DNA of 63,967 nucleotides, counting the filler, from Collodictyon triciliatum (taxonomy: Eukaryota), in assembly GCA_043381765.1 (NCBI GenBank). It is 5 parts of 5 records of this genome, joined end to end, with 100 filler letters (N's around TTAATTAATTAA, not from the genome) between each part and the next. Parts side by side here need not be neighbours in the genome. Positions count along the whole stretch, not along the records: positions 43,524 to 57,926 come from JBHJMP010001823.1; positions 58,027 to 63,967 come from JBHJMP010001947.1; 3 more parts are not named here. One strand, 5' to 3'. Of the stretch, positions 46,941 to 60,830 are shown in pieces. The notes under the pieces are model-generated. The model did no database searches. It saw only the letters and a program-made list of their open reading frames with translations, and was not told the DNA's origin. Each line of letters opens with the position of its first letter. Position 1 is the stretch's first letter. A program made the translations under genes and the position numbers.

Positions 46941-48262
46941 ACTCCATGCGTTGAATCAAAACCTCTGGGGCATTTTCTTCTCATCATCTCAACAACTTTC
47001 TTCTTTACCTTCTGTATAGTCCACAAGGTTCGCGTTGCTGACGTGAAGGTTGTCGCAGCCATCGGAGACAGTCTCACTGCCGTATGCCATTCTCCACCCC
47101 TGCCCCCTTTTAACATGCCAACTTTGTATCCACATAGATCCACAGCTTTTATTCACAACACTGAAATAAAAACATATAAAAACAAATGAACACCACTGCA
47201 ATATCGCCAATAATTATACCAGCGTTGCTAAGAAAACACCCACACATACACAGGCTTTTGGAGCTGCCGCTACCACCATCGTCGACGTCCGCGAGTTCCG
47301 AGGAGTCTCCTGGTTAGTATCATTCCGCACATTCTTGCGACATACCAATTAACACAATAAAAGAAGAGAAAGAGAGAAAGAAGAGAAAAGAAAACTAAGA
47401 TATACTCACACATAACTACAGGAGCATCGGAGGAGACGGCTCCCTGCCCTCATCGGTGACGCTGCCCAACGTCTTCCGCAAGTACAACCCCAACGTCGTC
47501 GGCTTCTCGCTAGGGATCGGAACGTCGCAGACCCACTTGAATGTGGCGGTGACGGGCGCAGTCTCGCAGGACACACCTGGACAGGCCATCAACCTTGTGA
47601 ACAAGATGCGTGACTCGCGCGAGGGCGTGGACTTTGCCAACGACTGGAAGGTGGTGACGTTCTTTATCGGGGCCAACAACCTGTGCCGCTACTGCCGCGA
47701 CCCGAACCGCGACTCGCCAGCCAACTACGCGGCCAACGTGCGCGCGGCGCTGGACACGCTGACGCAGGTGCCGCGCATGATTGTGAATCTCGTGGCCGTG
47801 GTGGACGTGACAAAGCTGAAGGTGGTGGAGGGCGCAAACTACCCCGGATGCGACTCGGTGCACCAGACCGTGTGCTCGTGCGGCACATCCAACGACGCAA
47901 ACGTCCGCGCGCAGGTCTCCCGCGCATGTGCAGACTACAACGCGCAGCTGCAGACCATCGCAAACGACGCCCGCTACCAGCGCGACGACTTCACGGTGGT
48001 CTACCAGCCCATGTACGTGAACACAGAGATCCCTCGCGACGCCAGCGGGAACCCCATCCGCGCCTACTTCGCCCCAGACTGCTTCCACTTTGCCACCGTC
48101 ACCCACCAGGGCGTCGCCGTCACCCTCTGGAACAACATGCTCAAGCCCAACGGCCAGAAGCCCGCCTGGGTCCCCGGCCAGGGATACACCTGCCCGGCCT
48201 CCACAGACTACATCTGCACGCCCCGCAACCAGAACCCCTCGGCCGGCCGCTGCAACCTCTGA
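46334..48262 (+). CDS. Secreted phospholipase B1-like SGNH/GDSL lipase (5 exons)
   Basis: Signal peptide MRITRSVAAVLAVSFVCALSAA, then VHKVRVADVKVVAAIGDSLTAGFGA, EFRGVSWSIGGDG, TLPNVFRKYNP, LNVAVTGA, DWKVVTFFIGANNLC and YFAPDCFHF. Confidence 0.93.
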
Positions 48263-48569
48263 GCACACACCTGGCCGCCTCGGCCCCTGCTCTCTAAAGG
48301 ACACACGCGAATCCCCCGCCTCCTTGGCTCAACCCGCTCTCAACCGCTGCGAGTCTCTGTCTGTTGGCGCTGCCGGGTCCGTCTGCATCAGGGCAGTATC
48401 TTTTGTTTTACTTTACTATATTTCTTGGGTGACTTGTGCGGTTGGTGATACAGTTTATTAGGATGTTGTTATGCCCATGCGCCGCGAATAGGGAAGATTC
48501 TCTCCTTTTGCTATCCTTTTCTCTTTCTCTTTTTCTGGGTAGGGTGGAATGGAGCGGTGTCTCCGGCGA

Positions 48570-51500
48570 CTATGAGTGTACAGGGCGGTGGATGAATTCG
48601 TCGAAGTCTGTCTGCAGCTGCATGACCTCCGAGTGAAGCGCTCTGCAGAGGCGAGTTTTTTTTTTTTGTATGCGTTACGTGAGCGAGGCAGAAGTGATAC
48701 ACACGCATTGCCTTTTGCCTTGTGACAAGGGAAATGTTTTCTCATGATCTCTGGATTTTTGCTGTCGGAGAGTTTTTCTTTTTCTGAGGAAGAGAGAAAG
48801 AGAGAAAGAGAGAAAAGTGGGGTGCTTGCTTGGATTCATACCTGTAACGCGCCTCCAACCCATCCCGCCTTGCGGCCTGTTCTCTTTCGTAACCTTGCAG
48901 CGTCTTCGCCAGCGACGCGATATCTGAATTACCCGCAGTTTTTGATGCGCTTCGATCTGCTGTGTCCTCCTTTTCGCTCCCAGGCTGCTGGGTGTGTAGC
49001 GTGTGATGTGTGATGGGCCATGTGTGATGAGAATCATGAGTAGACATACTGTGTTTGATATGATTGTGATGGGATTGCCCAAGTACCTGGCCAAACGCCT
49101 CGTCTCGGAGGGAGGATAGGAGGGCCCTCTTTGCGTGGAGGTCTGCGCTCCACGATTCCACCTGGCGGGAATAGTGGCTGTCTCCTTGCAGAATCAGCGA
49201 CACTTTGAGCTTATCACAGAGTCAGATATATGTGTTTGGCGCGTTAGTATGCCTTGAATCAATCGAATGGAAAGGAACAACAGAGAGGAAGGTAAATCCT
49301 TGTAGGAATCATGATTTCTTATTTAAACGACTATCTCCTTTTTCTTTCTATTTCATTTTCAATTCTTTTCATGACACTCCCAAACTTCGATGCATCATTC
49401 AGATAATTTCATCTTTAGGCTTAAAGCTTCTACGAAGGATGCAATGCGCGAGTCTGAACAACTTAAAGCGACAAACAGTGTTGTGTATGTGTATGTGCAT
49501 ATGTATGTTTGTGTTTGATGTGTCGGACTGTATCGGTACCTCCAACTCCTTGAGAGACTTCTGCATCTGGACAACCTCAACCTGGCGAACTGAGTCTTGC
49601 TTCGACTGCCCTTCGAAATGCTGCACTTGCAGCCTGGAGTTGAGCAGTTGGCTTTCGATGGCCTTCTTTTCAGATGCTAGCTCTTCATACCTTATCTTCA
49701 GCCTATCATACTGAAAGCACATGTTTTTTTTTTTGTTTTGTTTAATTTTCTTTTTGTCTACCAGCATATTACCTCAACAAAAGAAAGGACACACATCCCA
49801 ACCGATTGCGCTATATGATAAAAGTTGATTTGGCGTGCACACAAACATATAATCATTAATGGCAAATATGTAAAGGTGACTCACCTTTGGGGCGATTTGA
49901 CTCAGCTGCTCGGTGGATTGTGTGTATTTTGCTTTCCACACGGCAATGTCTGCGTTTGATGAGGCCTCCACATCAGCAAGTCTCTGCCTTATCACGGCCA
50001 GATCAGATTCCAGAATCTTGTTTTGATGCTCGTGACCAGCGGCCAAATCTCTGTACTGTTTGACTGTTGCACACTCCTTTTTCAACTGTGAATCCATCTC
50101 GCTGTTTATCTTTTGCAATAACGCGATTTTCTCTTCCATCGTTTTTTTTAAAGTAGACAGTTCCTCCGATTTTTCTCGCATCTTGTCTTGCCTAGCCAAA
50201 TCCTTCTTTTGAAGGAGCGAGTTCTGTTCTTTTGTACCTCGCAATTCATCTGCTAGCCTTGTGACCGCAGCCTGCAATTCAACAATCTGCTGGTCCTGCA
50301 CTTTCGATGCTTCTTTCAATTTGTTCATCATCTTCTCTCTATTCCCTTTTTCTTCAATGGCTTTGCCTTTATAGTCTGCATACTCCCTTCTGATTCTCTG
50401 CAACTCTTCATCACAGACAGACTTTTCCTTTCGGATGGACTGCATTTCGTTCTTGAATCGCGTTTCATTATCTCCTAGCACCCTCTCCATTGCATCGGAC
50501 TTCTTGATAGCTAGGTCTCTCTCCAATCCTACATGTTCTTGTAGAGTCTTTAGAGAATCTCTTTCAGCTTTCATGCTTGCTGCAAATGATTCACTAAACT
50601 CAAGTCTGGATTCTAAATCCTTCCGTAGGACTTCATACGTAACCAGCTCTTTGTCACATGCTTGCCTCATTGCACTTTTCTCTAGAACCAACTCTTCTAC
50701 TTTGACGTTCAAAGCAAATAAATCAGTCTTATGCCTTTCATGGATAACAGCCAAACTGTTTTCTAGAGCTGACTTTTCATTCATTTCTTGTTCCAATTTA
50801 GATTCCAGAACTTTGATTTCAGACCGAATCACCCCATCCGACTCTGCAAGAGTTTTCTCTAGCACACAAACTCTGTTACATTCCGTTTGATAGGCATCAT
50901 TCAGTTCTCTAATCTTGGTTTCAAGTGCATCATGCTTACTTGTAACATCTTCCACTTTAGCCAGCATCTCCTGATGCTTTATTCGCTCGAGTTCAAGTTG
51001 TGTGTTATAGTGAACCCTCTCTGATGCAAGTTTTGATTGTACACTTTGGTATTTCTCCTCTATCTTCGACAATTCAAGTATTCTACCTGAGGATACTGCC
51101 GATTCTTTCTCCAGCATTTCAATTTTCTGTAGCAGATGCGACTCCTTGTGTTGTTGTTCATATTCACGTTTTTTCGACGCATTTAGAGTATTCTCAACTG
51201 TTTCATCTCTTTGTGAAATGGCTTCATTCAACTGATCAATTTTGGCTTTCAGTTCAGCATTCTCGGTGGACAGAATGTCATTATCTGCGATTAAACTCTT
51301 AATTTTTGGTTCCAACGATTCGACCTCTTTCCCAAATGTCTCTGATTCTTCTTGCTTTTTTCTCAGCTTATTTTCGGCTTCTGTAACACTGAATTTCGCC
51401 TGTTCAAGTTTTGCTTTCAAGGTTCGTATTTCATTTTCAAGATCTCGACAAACTCGGCTGTACTTTTTCAACTCTTTTTCGCATTCCAATCCCTTAAATT

Positions 51501-54500
51501 CGATTTCGTGGGCTGTTTGTTTTAATTTTTCAATTTCCTCGTCCTTGAATCGTCGCTCGATGATCAATTTTTCAAACTCCTGGGCTTTCAAATCTGCCAT
51601 AGTAGTCAACTCCACCAAATTTGCAGTATGTCTCTTCTCCTTCTCCTTAAATTCTTCAATACATAACTCAAGGGCATTATTCCGGTCGACTTGGATTTGC
51701 AATTTATTTTGCAAATCTTGTAGATGAAGATGCGATTTTTGAAAGCCTTCGAGAGTCATCTCCAGTTTCCCGTTGGCGGCAAAAAATTCGTGCACTTTCT
51801 TTTGCAGGTTATCTTTTTCATTACTCAGTGCAGCTATTTCTTTCCTCAAGCTATCCGCAAGTTCTTCGGATTGGGCCAAGTCTTGCTGACTTTTCTGCAG
51901 CATTTTTTCGGTGGAAGTAATTATAAGAGCCTTCTCTCTAGCAATTTCCTCTTTCATTAGCTTTTTGTATTCTCCACTTATTTTTTTGGCTTCCTCTTTC
52001 TTGACCTCCAAGTCGTTTGTTATTTTTACTATTCGTTGTTGCAAATTTCCATTTTCTTTTTGCAAATTGGATATTTGAACTTGCACTTTTTCATCAGTTT
52101 GCTGACTTTGTCTAGCTTTGGAGCGCTCCTTTTCAACTCTTGTTTTCATTATCTCTATTTCTTTACTCTGAGATTCTCTTTCTAATTTTAACGATTCGAT
52201 TTCTTTGATTAAAGCTTTCTTTTCTTTTTCAAGAGACTCCAATCGAGCAGGAATGCCAAGAATAGAATCCAAACCAGTAATTCTTTTTCTGACTTGTTCG
52301 TACTCATTTTGCATCTTACTTTGGGCATTCATGGATTCAGAAAGTTGGTATTTCAGGGCTTCCATATTTTGCTTCTCATTTTCAATTTTGCTCTGATATT
52401 GTTGTTCACAAGACAATATTTTTTTGGAGAGCTCTTCTACAGACCCCTGCTCTTTCGTTAGTTCTTTTCTTAAATCTTGAATGCTGTCGTTCAACATTTT
52501 GATATTTGCTTCATAGGCAGCGGAGCGTAAAGTGAATTCCTCAATAGCCTTTGATTCATTAGTTACTGTGTTTTGATTAGCTTCGGAAAGTTCCTTCTCC
52601 ACTAATTCAAGTTGAATAGATTTCTGGTCAAGTGAATATGTCAGATTTTTGATTGCTTCATCCTTTTTCGACATGTGAACCTCATATGCTTGAAGCTTTT
52701 CCATCAAATCACTTACTAGCTGAATAGAATCACAAAAACTGTGATATATTCTTTCGAAATGTTTTGGATAAGTCATCAGCATATTAAGGGAATCGATTTT
52801 CTCTCTGAAATGAAAGCTAAAGCCAAGAGGCAAGTCTGATACACAATTTCGAACGACAGCCCACTTTTGTTCTACATCATCCATTTGGGGAAGCCATCCA
52901 AACAAATCTGATATTACTTTCTCCTTTTCAATACTAGAACTAATATTCTTTTCCTTCTCTTGACAGAGTACATAATATTTATGCTCCAATTCAGCCAATT
53001 CAATCATATCATCCTCTTCTATATCCGTCTGAGATAATGCATGGTTTAGCTCAGAATTTTCTCTCTGTTTAAGTATGGACCTCATGACATCGTTTTCTTT
53101 TTGAACAATTTTTCCTTTTTCAAAACTTTCCTCGCATTGCTGAGCCAAATTTAAGTTCTTCATTTCCATTTGACCAAGACTTTCCTCAGCTGCAGATAGC
53201 TTTTTTTCAATATAAGCGCACTTATCAAGCGATTTCTTGTATTTCTCTAGGGCAGATTGAAGATCAACAGTTAATTGTTGATTCCTAGATTCTAAATCAT
53301 CATTCTTTCTTTTTAGTAAGATACAAGTTTTTTCATTCGTTTCTCTCTCTTCTTTGCATATTTTGATATCTTCCTCCAGTTTTCTCATATTTTCACCTAC
53401 ATTTTGATGATGTTGTTTCAAAAAAAGTAGTTCGTTCTCAAGCAATATACATGTTTCTTTATCCTTTTCCGAATTGGTAGCATGCGTCTGATTGCTTTCT
53501 GCCAATTTAGTTACAAGCATTTGAGAGGACTCTAGTTTTATCGTCAATTCTGAAATACTTTTCACATCCTTTTCTCGTTGCGAGACTAAATGCGCTACCC
53601 TTGCATCAGTTTTTTCTAAGCGCTCCTTCATTTCCGATAGTTGTTCGGTCAGTGGATTTTTCAGAGCTGCGGTCAACTTTTCTATTTGCATTCCAAGCTC
53701 AACAATTCTTTGCCTTGCTTCAGAAGATTCAACCTCGATTTTTGTGTGTTCTTTTGTTAAAGCTTCATATTTTTGTTCAGTGTCTAAAAGTCTAGTGTTT
53801 TCAACAGTCAACATATCCAATTGATTCATTAATGCAATACTTTTTGCATTTGACTCTTCTATTTTTAGCCTATGTACACTCTCTTCTTGCTTCATTTTGT
53901 TGGAAATTTTTAAAAAAAGCTCCTTGCTCTCCCTTTTACATTTTTCAGCCTCTCCTCGAACTTTACTAATTTCTTCCTTGCTTTCGTCCAACTGCTTCAT
54001 CAGAGAATGATTTAATTCCTCCACATACTTTATTTGCTTCTCATGTCTTGAGCTCATCTCGGTTTTCTCTCCGCTTAAGGCTTCAATTTTTTTGCTGAGT
54101 TCGACAATAATTTTATCTGATTTTTGTTTGGATGATTCTATTTGCTGCATTTTTGTGAGTTTATCAGATATTAAATTCATTTCAGTCGTCATTTTTTGAT
54201 GCTTCTTGCGATATGAACTGATTTCTTGAGACATAGATTTCTCGTTCGATACACGATTTTGCAGTTGAATATTGACATCTTCCAGGGATGTTTCCAGGGA
54301 GATAATTAATCTACGTAGTTGCTCTTCGCTTTCTGTTCTTGCTTTATCTGATTCAATAGCAATTTTTTTCATAGTTTCATCAAATTGAGACTGATTTATT
54401 TCTATTTGATTTTGTAGCTCTTGAATTTTATTTTCTAAAATGCTCAACGTGGATATATATCCAAGTTCCTTTTGTCTCACCTGTTCAAGCTCTTTACTTA

Positions 54501-57500
54501 ATCCTTCGTTAGATTTCTTTAATGCATCCAAATTTTCCTTCAATAAACGACTTGAATCACTATTAACTGACTTTAATTTGCTAATTTCTGCAGTGTATTT
54601 AGCTCTCTCTTCAGCTAGCACGGTATGTGCTCTTTGCTCTTCTTGGCGTGCAAGATTTCTTTCAGCTTCTATAGTCTTTATTACCTGCACTTTTTCTTGT
54701 ATGATTCCTTCCAAATTTGTAACTCTCTGTTGTCTAGAGGAATACTGAGACCGCAGTTCATTGTATTTTTGATTTAAAGAATCATATTCGGCTTTTGCCT
54801 TTGAAATATTCTCCTGCAGCGACGTTTGTAGGGACTTTAGTTGTTTTGCCCCATTCTTTTCTTTCTGCAAAAGAACATCTTTCTCTGCTAGCTGCTGTTT
54901 AAGATTTGAAATATCTATGTTTAAAGCAGAAGATACCCTTTGATGTTTCTCCCTTTCTTCCTGGAACAGTTTTTCTAGATTCTGCTGCTCCTCCACGATG
55001 GCCTTCATTTGCCCCATCTTAGACATTTCTTTTTGCATGCTAATTTTCATCGATGCAATCTCAATTTTTAACTTGGAAACGGACTCTTCTGACTCTCGAA
55101 GTTGATATTCCAGTGTTCTATGCAATTCCTTTTCTTTTAATAAAGCTTTATTCCATTCATCCTTCATCTTTTCTCGCTCTTGCCTTTCTTCATCTACTCT
55201 GTGTTGGGCGTGGTTTAGTTCTATTCGAAGCTTTTCTGATACTCTCTCTATGTCATTTTTTTCCTTTTTGATTTCATCATATGAAGCTTTCCATTTCTGA
55301 GCATTTGCTTGGGGGTCAATACTTGGGTGCAGATTTTTTTCAAGTTTCTCTACTTTCTGACTCAAGAATAGTATCTCCTGTTTCAGACTGGCATTTTCTT
55401 GTAGAATGGGAGTTGTATTGCTTTCGTCTACACCTGAGTGAATGGACTTTTCTCGTACAAAAGAATTTCCTTCTAATAAGCTCCTCAGCCTATCTAATTC
55501 TATGTCTTTTTCGTTCAAAAGATCGTCCAATTCGGTGATTCGGTTTTGTACTCGAGGAGATAAAGGAGAAGCCGACTCTATGCGTAGAGAGCGATTCTCC
55601 AGGTTCGGTAATACATTCAACCTTTCATTTTGGTCCAGATCAGGCACAGACATAATTTTACTTTTTCGAAACATTTCTCGAGCCGATTCAGGTCTATGGG
55701 GGGTAAGAGGTGTAGAGCGAGGGGTAATTGGCTTTCGAACAAGCCTCGCTGTCGAATCTAAATTGTCACCAAAGGCAGGTTCATGAAAAATGAGCGCGTT
55801 GTCCCTTGGAATACGTAGGTTTCTTTCCAAGGGAATAGTTGACAATAATACCGATTCCTGAGTAAGTCGAGGGCCATCTCGAGAAAACAAAATGTCTCTA
55901 GCTTTTATTTGATCGGCAGTCTCATATGATGTTGAATTGATTTTTCCTTCTAGCGCTGTTTTTTCCTCGCTGAGCTTCTTAATTTCACTGTGAAAATTAT
56001 CTATAAACATTTTCTTCTCTCTTGTAAACGTTTCTTTCAGATGTATCATCTGATCTTGAAGACTCTCGGTTAATTTTGATAAAGAGTCGCACCTTGATTT
56101 TTTGAAAATAAAGTTAAAATAAACTGGATTTATGTTTCATAAAAGGACTTCTTAAGCAGCAATATTCATAATTTGTTTGTTGGTGCAAACCTTTGAACTA
56201 TTTTTTGATAATTTTCCAACAATTTTTCTCTGCTCCAATTCATAAAGTCACTTGATATATATTCTTCATTGGTACTTCTGTCTATCGATACGGCTTCGTC
56301 AATCTTTTGAGATAACCTTAAATGACCAGACGTCTTGGCCAGCTCCGAAGGTGTACGGCCGTTTGCATCTCTTTCAGAAGGTCTGGTAAAATTACAATTT
56401 TTCTTCATAAGATGGGATAATTTGAATTGAATAGTAAATGTCCAACCTTGATATAATAGAAAGAATCTTACTTTGCGCCGTTTTGTATGAATAAATCGAC
56501 AAGAGGCTCGTTACCCTGAGAGGCTGCGTAATGAAGAGGTGACCGACCATCAGAGTCCTTGTAATTTAATTTTTTTTTTTAAAAAAAAGCCAATTTGGCT
56601 CACTTCGTTGGGACCCCAAATATGAATGTATAATTACCTTGATTTCTAAGTGACATCGCTTTTCAACCAGAACCCTGGCGCACTCCAAGTGTCCCTGGAA
56701 AGTAGTATAGTGAATGGCACATCGATTTTTCCCATCCATGCTGTCTACATTAGCTCCGGCGTCTAGCAGCAGGGTCATGATTTGGTTTTGGCCATGAAAT
56801 GCACATGCGTGCAAAGGAGTCATACCATCAACATCTTTGGAGTCAATCTAGTATTTTCATGGTTTGGTATATAATGGGTAAACTGCCTTTTTTGATTTTG
56901 ATATTCTCCGAAATAGTTTATACAACTTATATATAAAAAAATACTTTTATTCCCTTCTCAATAAGATAGCCGGCTATCTGTTCATGTCCATAGATTGACG
57001 CGTGGTGCAGGAGTGACATACCCCTTGCATCTGGGTTGTTGATGGCTGCACCGCCCTTTTCGATTAGAACCTAAACAAGGGCGCATACATAAAGGAATAT
57101 ATGGGTTAAATGGAGCCTTAAACGTGGAATTGGCACACAAAGATGACGATGTGTTATGTTCATGTAGTTTGTCTTTGTAAAATGTATGAACAAGGATACT
57201 TTAACACATTGGAAGTGGCCATAAAAGACAGCCCAGTAAATTGGAGTCCTGTCTTGTGCGTCTTTGACATCTGGGTTGATTTTACTTGAGATAACTTTCG
57301 CCAGTGTCTTCCAATCACCACTCTTGCTTGCTTCAAATAATGCGGAATGCGTAAGGTCTGGAAGAATGTTTCCTCCCTGCGAAGATAACTTTTGCAAGGC
57401 CGATAGATAACTGTGAGAAAGTTGCGATTGTAAAGCGCACACAGGGGAAGATAGGTAATGAACGCACGAAGCAATACCCGCGAAGTGGATAGATTACGCA

Positions 57501-57607
57501 ATATATTGCCAGAGAAAAGCAAAGGAGTCTTGATGTCTAAATACCTTTCTCGGCGTTCCGGTGAATGATGATCCGTGCCGAAGCGACAGCGGCTTTGTTG
57601 GTTGCAT
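48570..57607 (-). CDS. Ankyrin-repeat N-terminus plus very long coiled coil (RAI14/UACA-like architecture), >2400 aa
   Basis: Ankyrin motifs DRTPIYWAVFYGHFQCVK, GMSLLHHAS, GMTPLHACAFHGQ, GRSPLHYAASQG and GRTPSELA in small exons at 56200-57400. An E/K/L-rich exon of ~6.2 kb follows, then four small 3' exons ending RPVHS*. Confidence 0.88.
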
Positions 57608-58026
57608 AATGACCCCACAACTTTTTTTTAGATGCCTATCTCCCCTTGCAACGCTCCCTCACTTTCTTCTTCCTTCTGTGTTCACAAATGAGAGATATTT
57701 CTGCGCCTTAGTCTTATCATGTTAGGGGTTTCAAAAGACACCACCCCATAGAAAAGGAAAGGAAAAAAGAAAAAAAAGAAAAAAAAGAAAAAAAGAAAAA
57801 GAAAAAAGAGAAAAAAGAGAAAAAAGAGAAAAAGAAAAAAAGAAAAAAAGAAAAAAAGAAAAAAGAAAAAAGAAAAAAGAAAAAAGAAAAAAGAAAAAAG
57901 AAAAAAAGAAAAAAAGAAAAAAAGAANNNNNNNNNNNNNNNNNNNNNNNNNNNNNNNNNNNNNNNNNNNNTTAATTAATTAANNNNNNNNNNNNNNNNNN
58001 NNNNNNNNNNNNNNNNNNNNNNNNNN

Positions 58027-58061
<35 letters not shown>

Positions 58062-58238
58062 AAAAAAAACAAAAAAAAACAAAAAAAACAAAAAAAAAAA
58101 CAAACAAAAACGAAAACAAAGAACCGGGTTTACTTTCCTCATATTAAATTAGACTTTATACACTTCGTCTCTTATTTTTCGGGCTTTCTTACCCGTTGGG
58201 CTGACCAAGTACTTTTTATTTATGAGGCTGTGTATAGG

Positions 58239-60632
58239 ATGGCCTCCAGCAGAAATCCCTACGCATTCTCCAACACGAGCGAGACCAAGCTCCCCGGCGT
58301 TAAGAAAGAGGTCAATGAATCATATGTTGTATAGACATTCTGATCTAATTGGCAATCACCCGCTATTGGTTTACTATACCGCTCGATTACTTTCATGCCG
58401 TTTATTTCTTTAATCATCTCTCTCCAATTTGTGTCCAATTAAATATTTATCCTATCAGATTTTGGTTTATTCGGTTTTTTTTCGTCAATACTTTTCAAAG
58501 AAAAAAAACAACAATCACTGGATATACCCTGACTAGGAATTTCTTATTTATTTGCTTAAATATAACCCTTTAATTAAAGTGAAGAAATACACCCGCAAGG
58601 AAAGGAAACATAAATCATTAAAATAAAATGGGATTACTATCTTTGGGGCAGGTTCATACAATCGCATGGAACCACGATGGCAGTGTGTTGGCAGCTGGGT
58701 CCATCGATAACATTCAACTCTGGAATACAAGCGACGTATCTCGATCGGATGTATGTTTGAAAAAGAGACGCGTTTTCCAATAGATTCATGACAATCACTG
58801 GCATTTTTTTTCTCATCGAGTTTTAGGTAATCTCAGAGTTGAAACGCAATCTGAAACCAACGAAGAAGATTTGCTGGAACCCAAATAATAATGACATATT
58901 TGCTTCGGCTTCGGTAGATGGAACAGTCAGGATATGGGATATTCGAGGCAAGCCTCCAACATCTTGTTTATTTTCTTTTTGATTCATAATGTTGTTCCGC
59001 TCCAATGCTTTTCAGATAACCAAGTTACTTCGTCGCATTAAGTCTAACTTTTTTGTTTCGTTTTTATTTATTTATTTATTAAATAACTAGCGAAAAAGGA
59101 GGTCCATGTTATTAAAACAGATGGAGAGAATATCAATATGCACTGGAGAAGTACAGGGACTGATATATGCGTCGGCAATAGCGTAATCAGATATACGTTA
59201 TGGCATCATTTTTCCATCATGATTAGCTCGATGTATCCTTTGGAAGCAAAGAAATACACATGAATCGGTTGAATGAAAGTATTGATGTTTTTTTTTTTTT
59301 TTTATGTATACCCATATCACATATCTTATAATTATGTCTAAACAAAGTGCCAAAATAGGAAAATATGATCAGTGTTATCGAAACAAACATGTTCCAGGTT
59401 ATAAAGACGAGAAAATTTTCATACGAGGTTCGTGATAGCTCATGTACAACCACTTGGCGTCAGTAAATGAATTTTTTTTTTTTTACGTTTCTTCCAAAAA
59501 AAAAAAAAAAAAAAACATCAGATATTATATTATTAAATATAATAATTCAACTTCGTAACCTCAGGTGAACGAAATGTGCTGGTCAGCAGATAATAACTTC
59601 CTTCTTTTAACTGCCGGAAGTGGTATATTTGCTAGATGTATATGTGATGTCCTCTGTTGTTGTTCTTGTTTTTTTTTTTAAAAAAAAAAAAAAGTTCAAT
59701 AAATAATTTTGGAATGCACAGGAAACGTTGATATATTGAAGCCCACAAGTTTAGAGACTGTTGTTACACTTCCCGCACATACATCGAGTATTTATTGCGT
59801 GGAGATGAGCCCCAAGAAAAAGTGTGAACCTGACTATCATTATTGAATCAGAAAATCCTCTGTGGTATCATACAATCAATCTAAACACGAACCTACTAAT
59901 TAACTGATGGTTTTTTTATTGAGTCACAAAATTATCTTCCTTCTTTTTTTTTTTTTTTGTAGATACTTTGCACTTGCATCTGCAGATTCATTGGTGAGTC
60001 TGTGGGATTCCTCAGAGTATATTTGCGTTCGTACTTTTGACAAACAAAGGTGCTTCTACAATACTCGCCATCTACCCCACCAAAAAAACACTAAAATGTG
60101 TTCATACCATCTGATATAATTTTCATCAATTTCTCTCTTAAATACCCTAATGAATATCCATCATTTTATTTTTATTTCATTTTGCCATTACACCCTGACC
60201 ACAAAAAAGAATACTATGCGGCATTTCAAAATTACTAGAAAATGAAGCACACTAAACAAGCTATCCAATCTAATAGCAAACCGTTAAGAAGTCTCGGATT
60301 CAGCTACAACGGGGATTATATAGCATCTGCATCTGACGAAAGGATGTTAGAGATCGTAAGTGGCCTATGCTGAATCAAACATGGATTCATTCTCCCATCG
60401 CTCAAGAGAAAAAAAAAATACTTGCTTGCAACCTCCAACAACTACCGCACTCTTGCCCTAAGCTTTATTCTACCACACCTCATAGTCTCACGTAGAAAGC
60501 GGATCCTCTGCATTATCCAATACCCTTCCCATGGAGATCAACGCAATTCAATGGCACCCGCGCATCTATTGCCTTGCAATCACTTGCGGAATCAGAGACG
60601 GCTCCATATCACTGATGAGTCTCAGTGTCTGA
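58239..60632 (+). CDS. THOC3: WD40 protein, THO complex subunit 3 (Tex1)
   Basis: Spliced VHTIAWNHDGSVLAAGS, FASASVDGTVRIWDIR, IKTDGENINMHW, FSYEVNEMCWS, LPAHTSSIYCV, YFALASADSLVSLWD..ICVRTF and LRSLGFSYNGDYIASASDE. Confidence 0.85.
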
Positions 60633-60830
60633 TTAAAGATGCCTATTCAGGAATTTTTTCTGGAATTTACAATATCTATTTTGCGCACCAAACCAGACAG
60701 AAAAACCCTGGCCTTCTGCGCAGCTGGTTCAGGGTGTGCTGCCTCGTTGAAACGTGCCAGGAAAGAGCGGCCATACATACATATATATCTATTTATAAAA
60801 TAGGTGATAATTGTCTGACGCAGGATTCCG

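Noticed and set aside
47510-48304. 264-aa antisense ORF over the phospholipase B exon
   Set aside because: Expected by-product of strong C/G third-position bias, with no independent motif.
14454-57982. Repeated palindrome TTAATTAATTAA flanked by Ns (4 copies)
   Set aside because: Artificial six-frame-stop scaffold linker. Adjacency across these points is not biological evidence.
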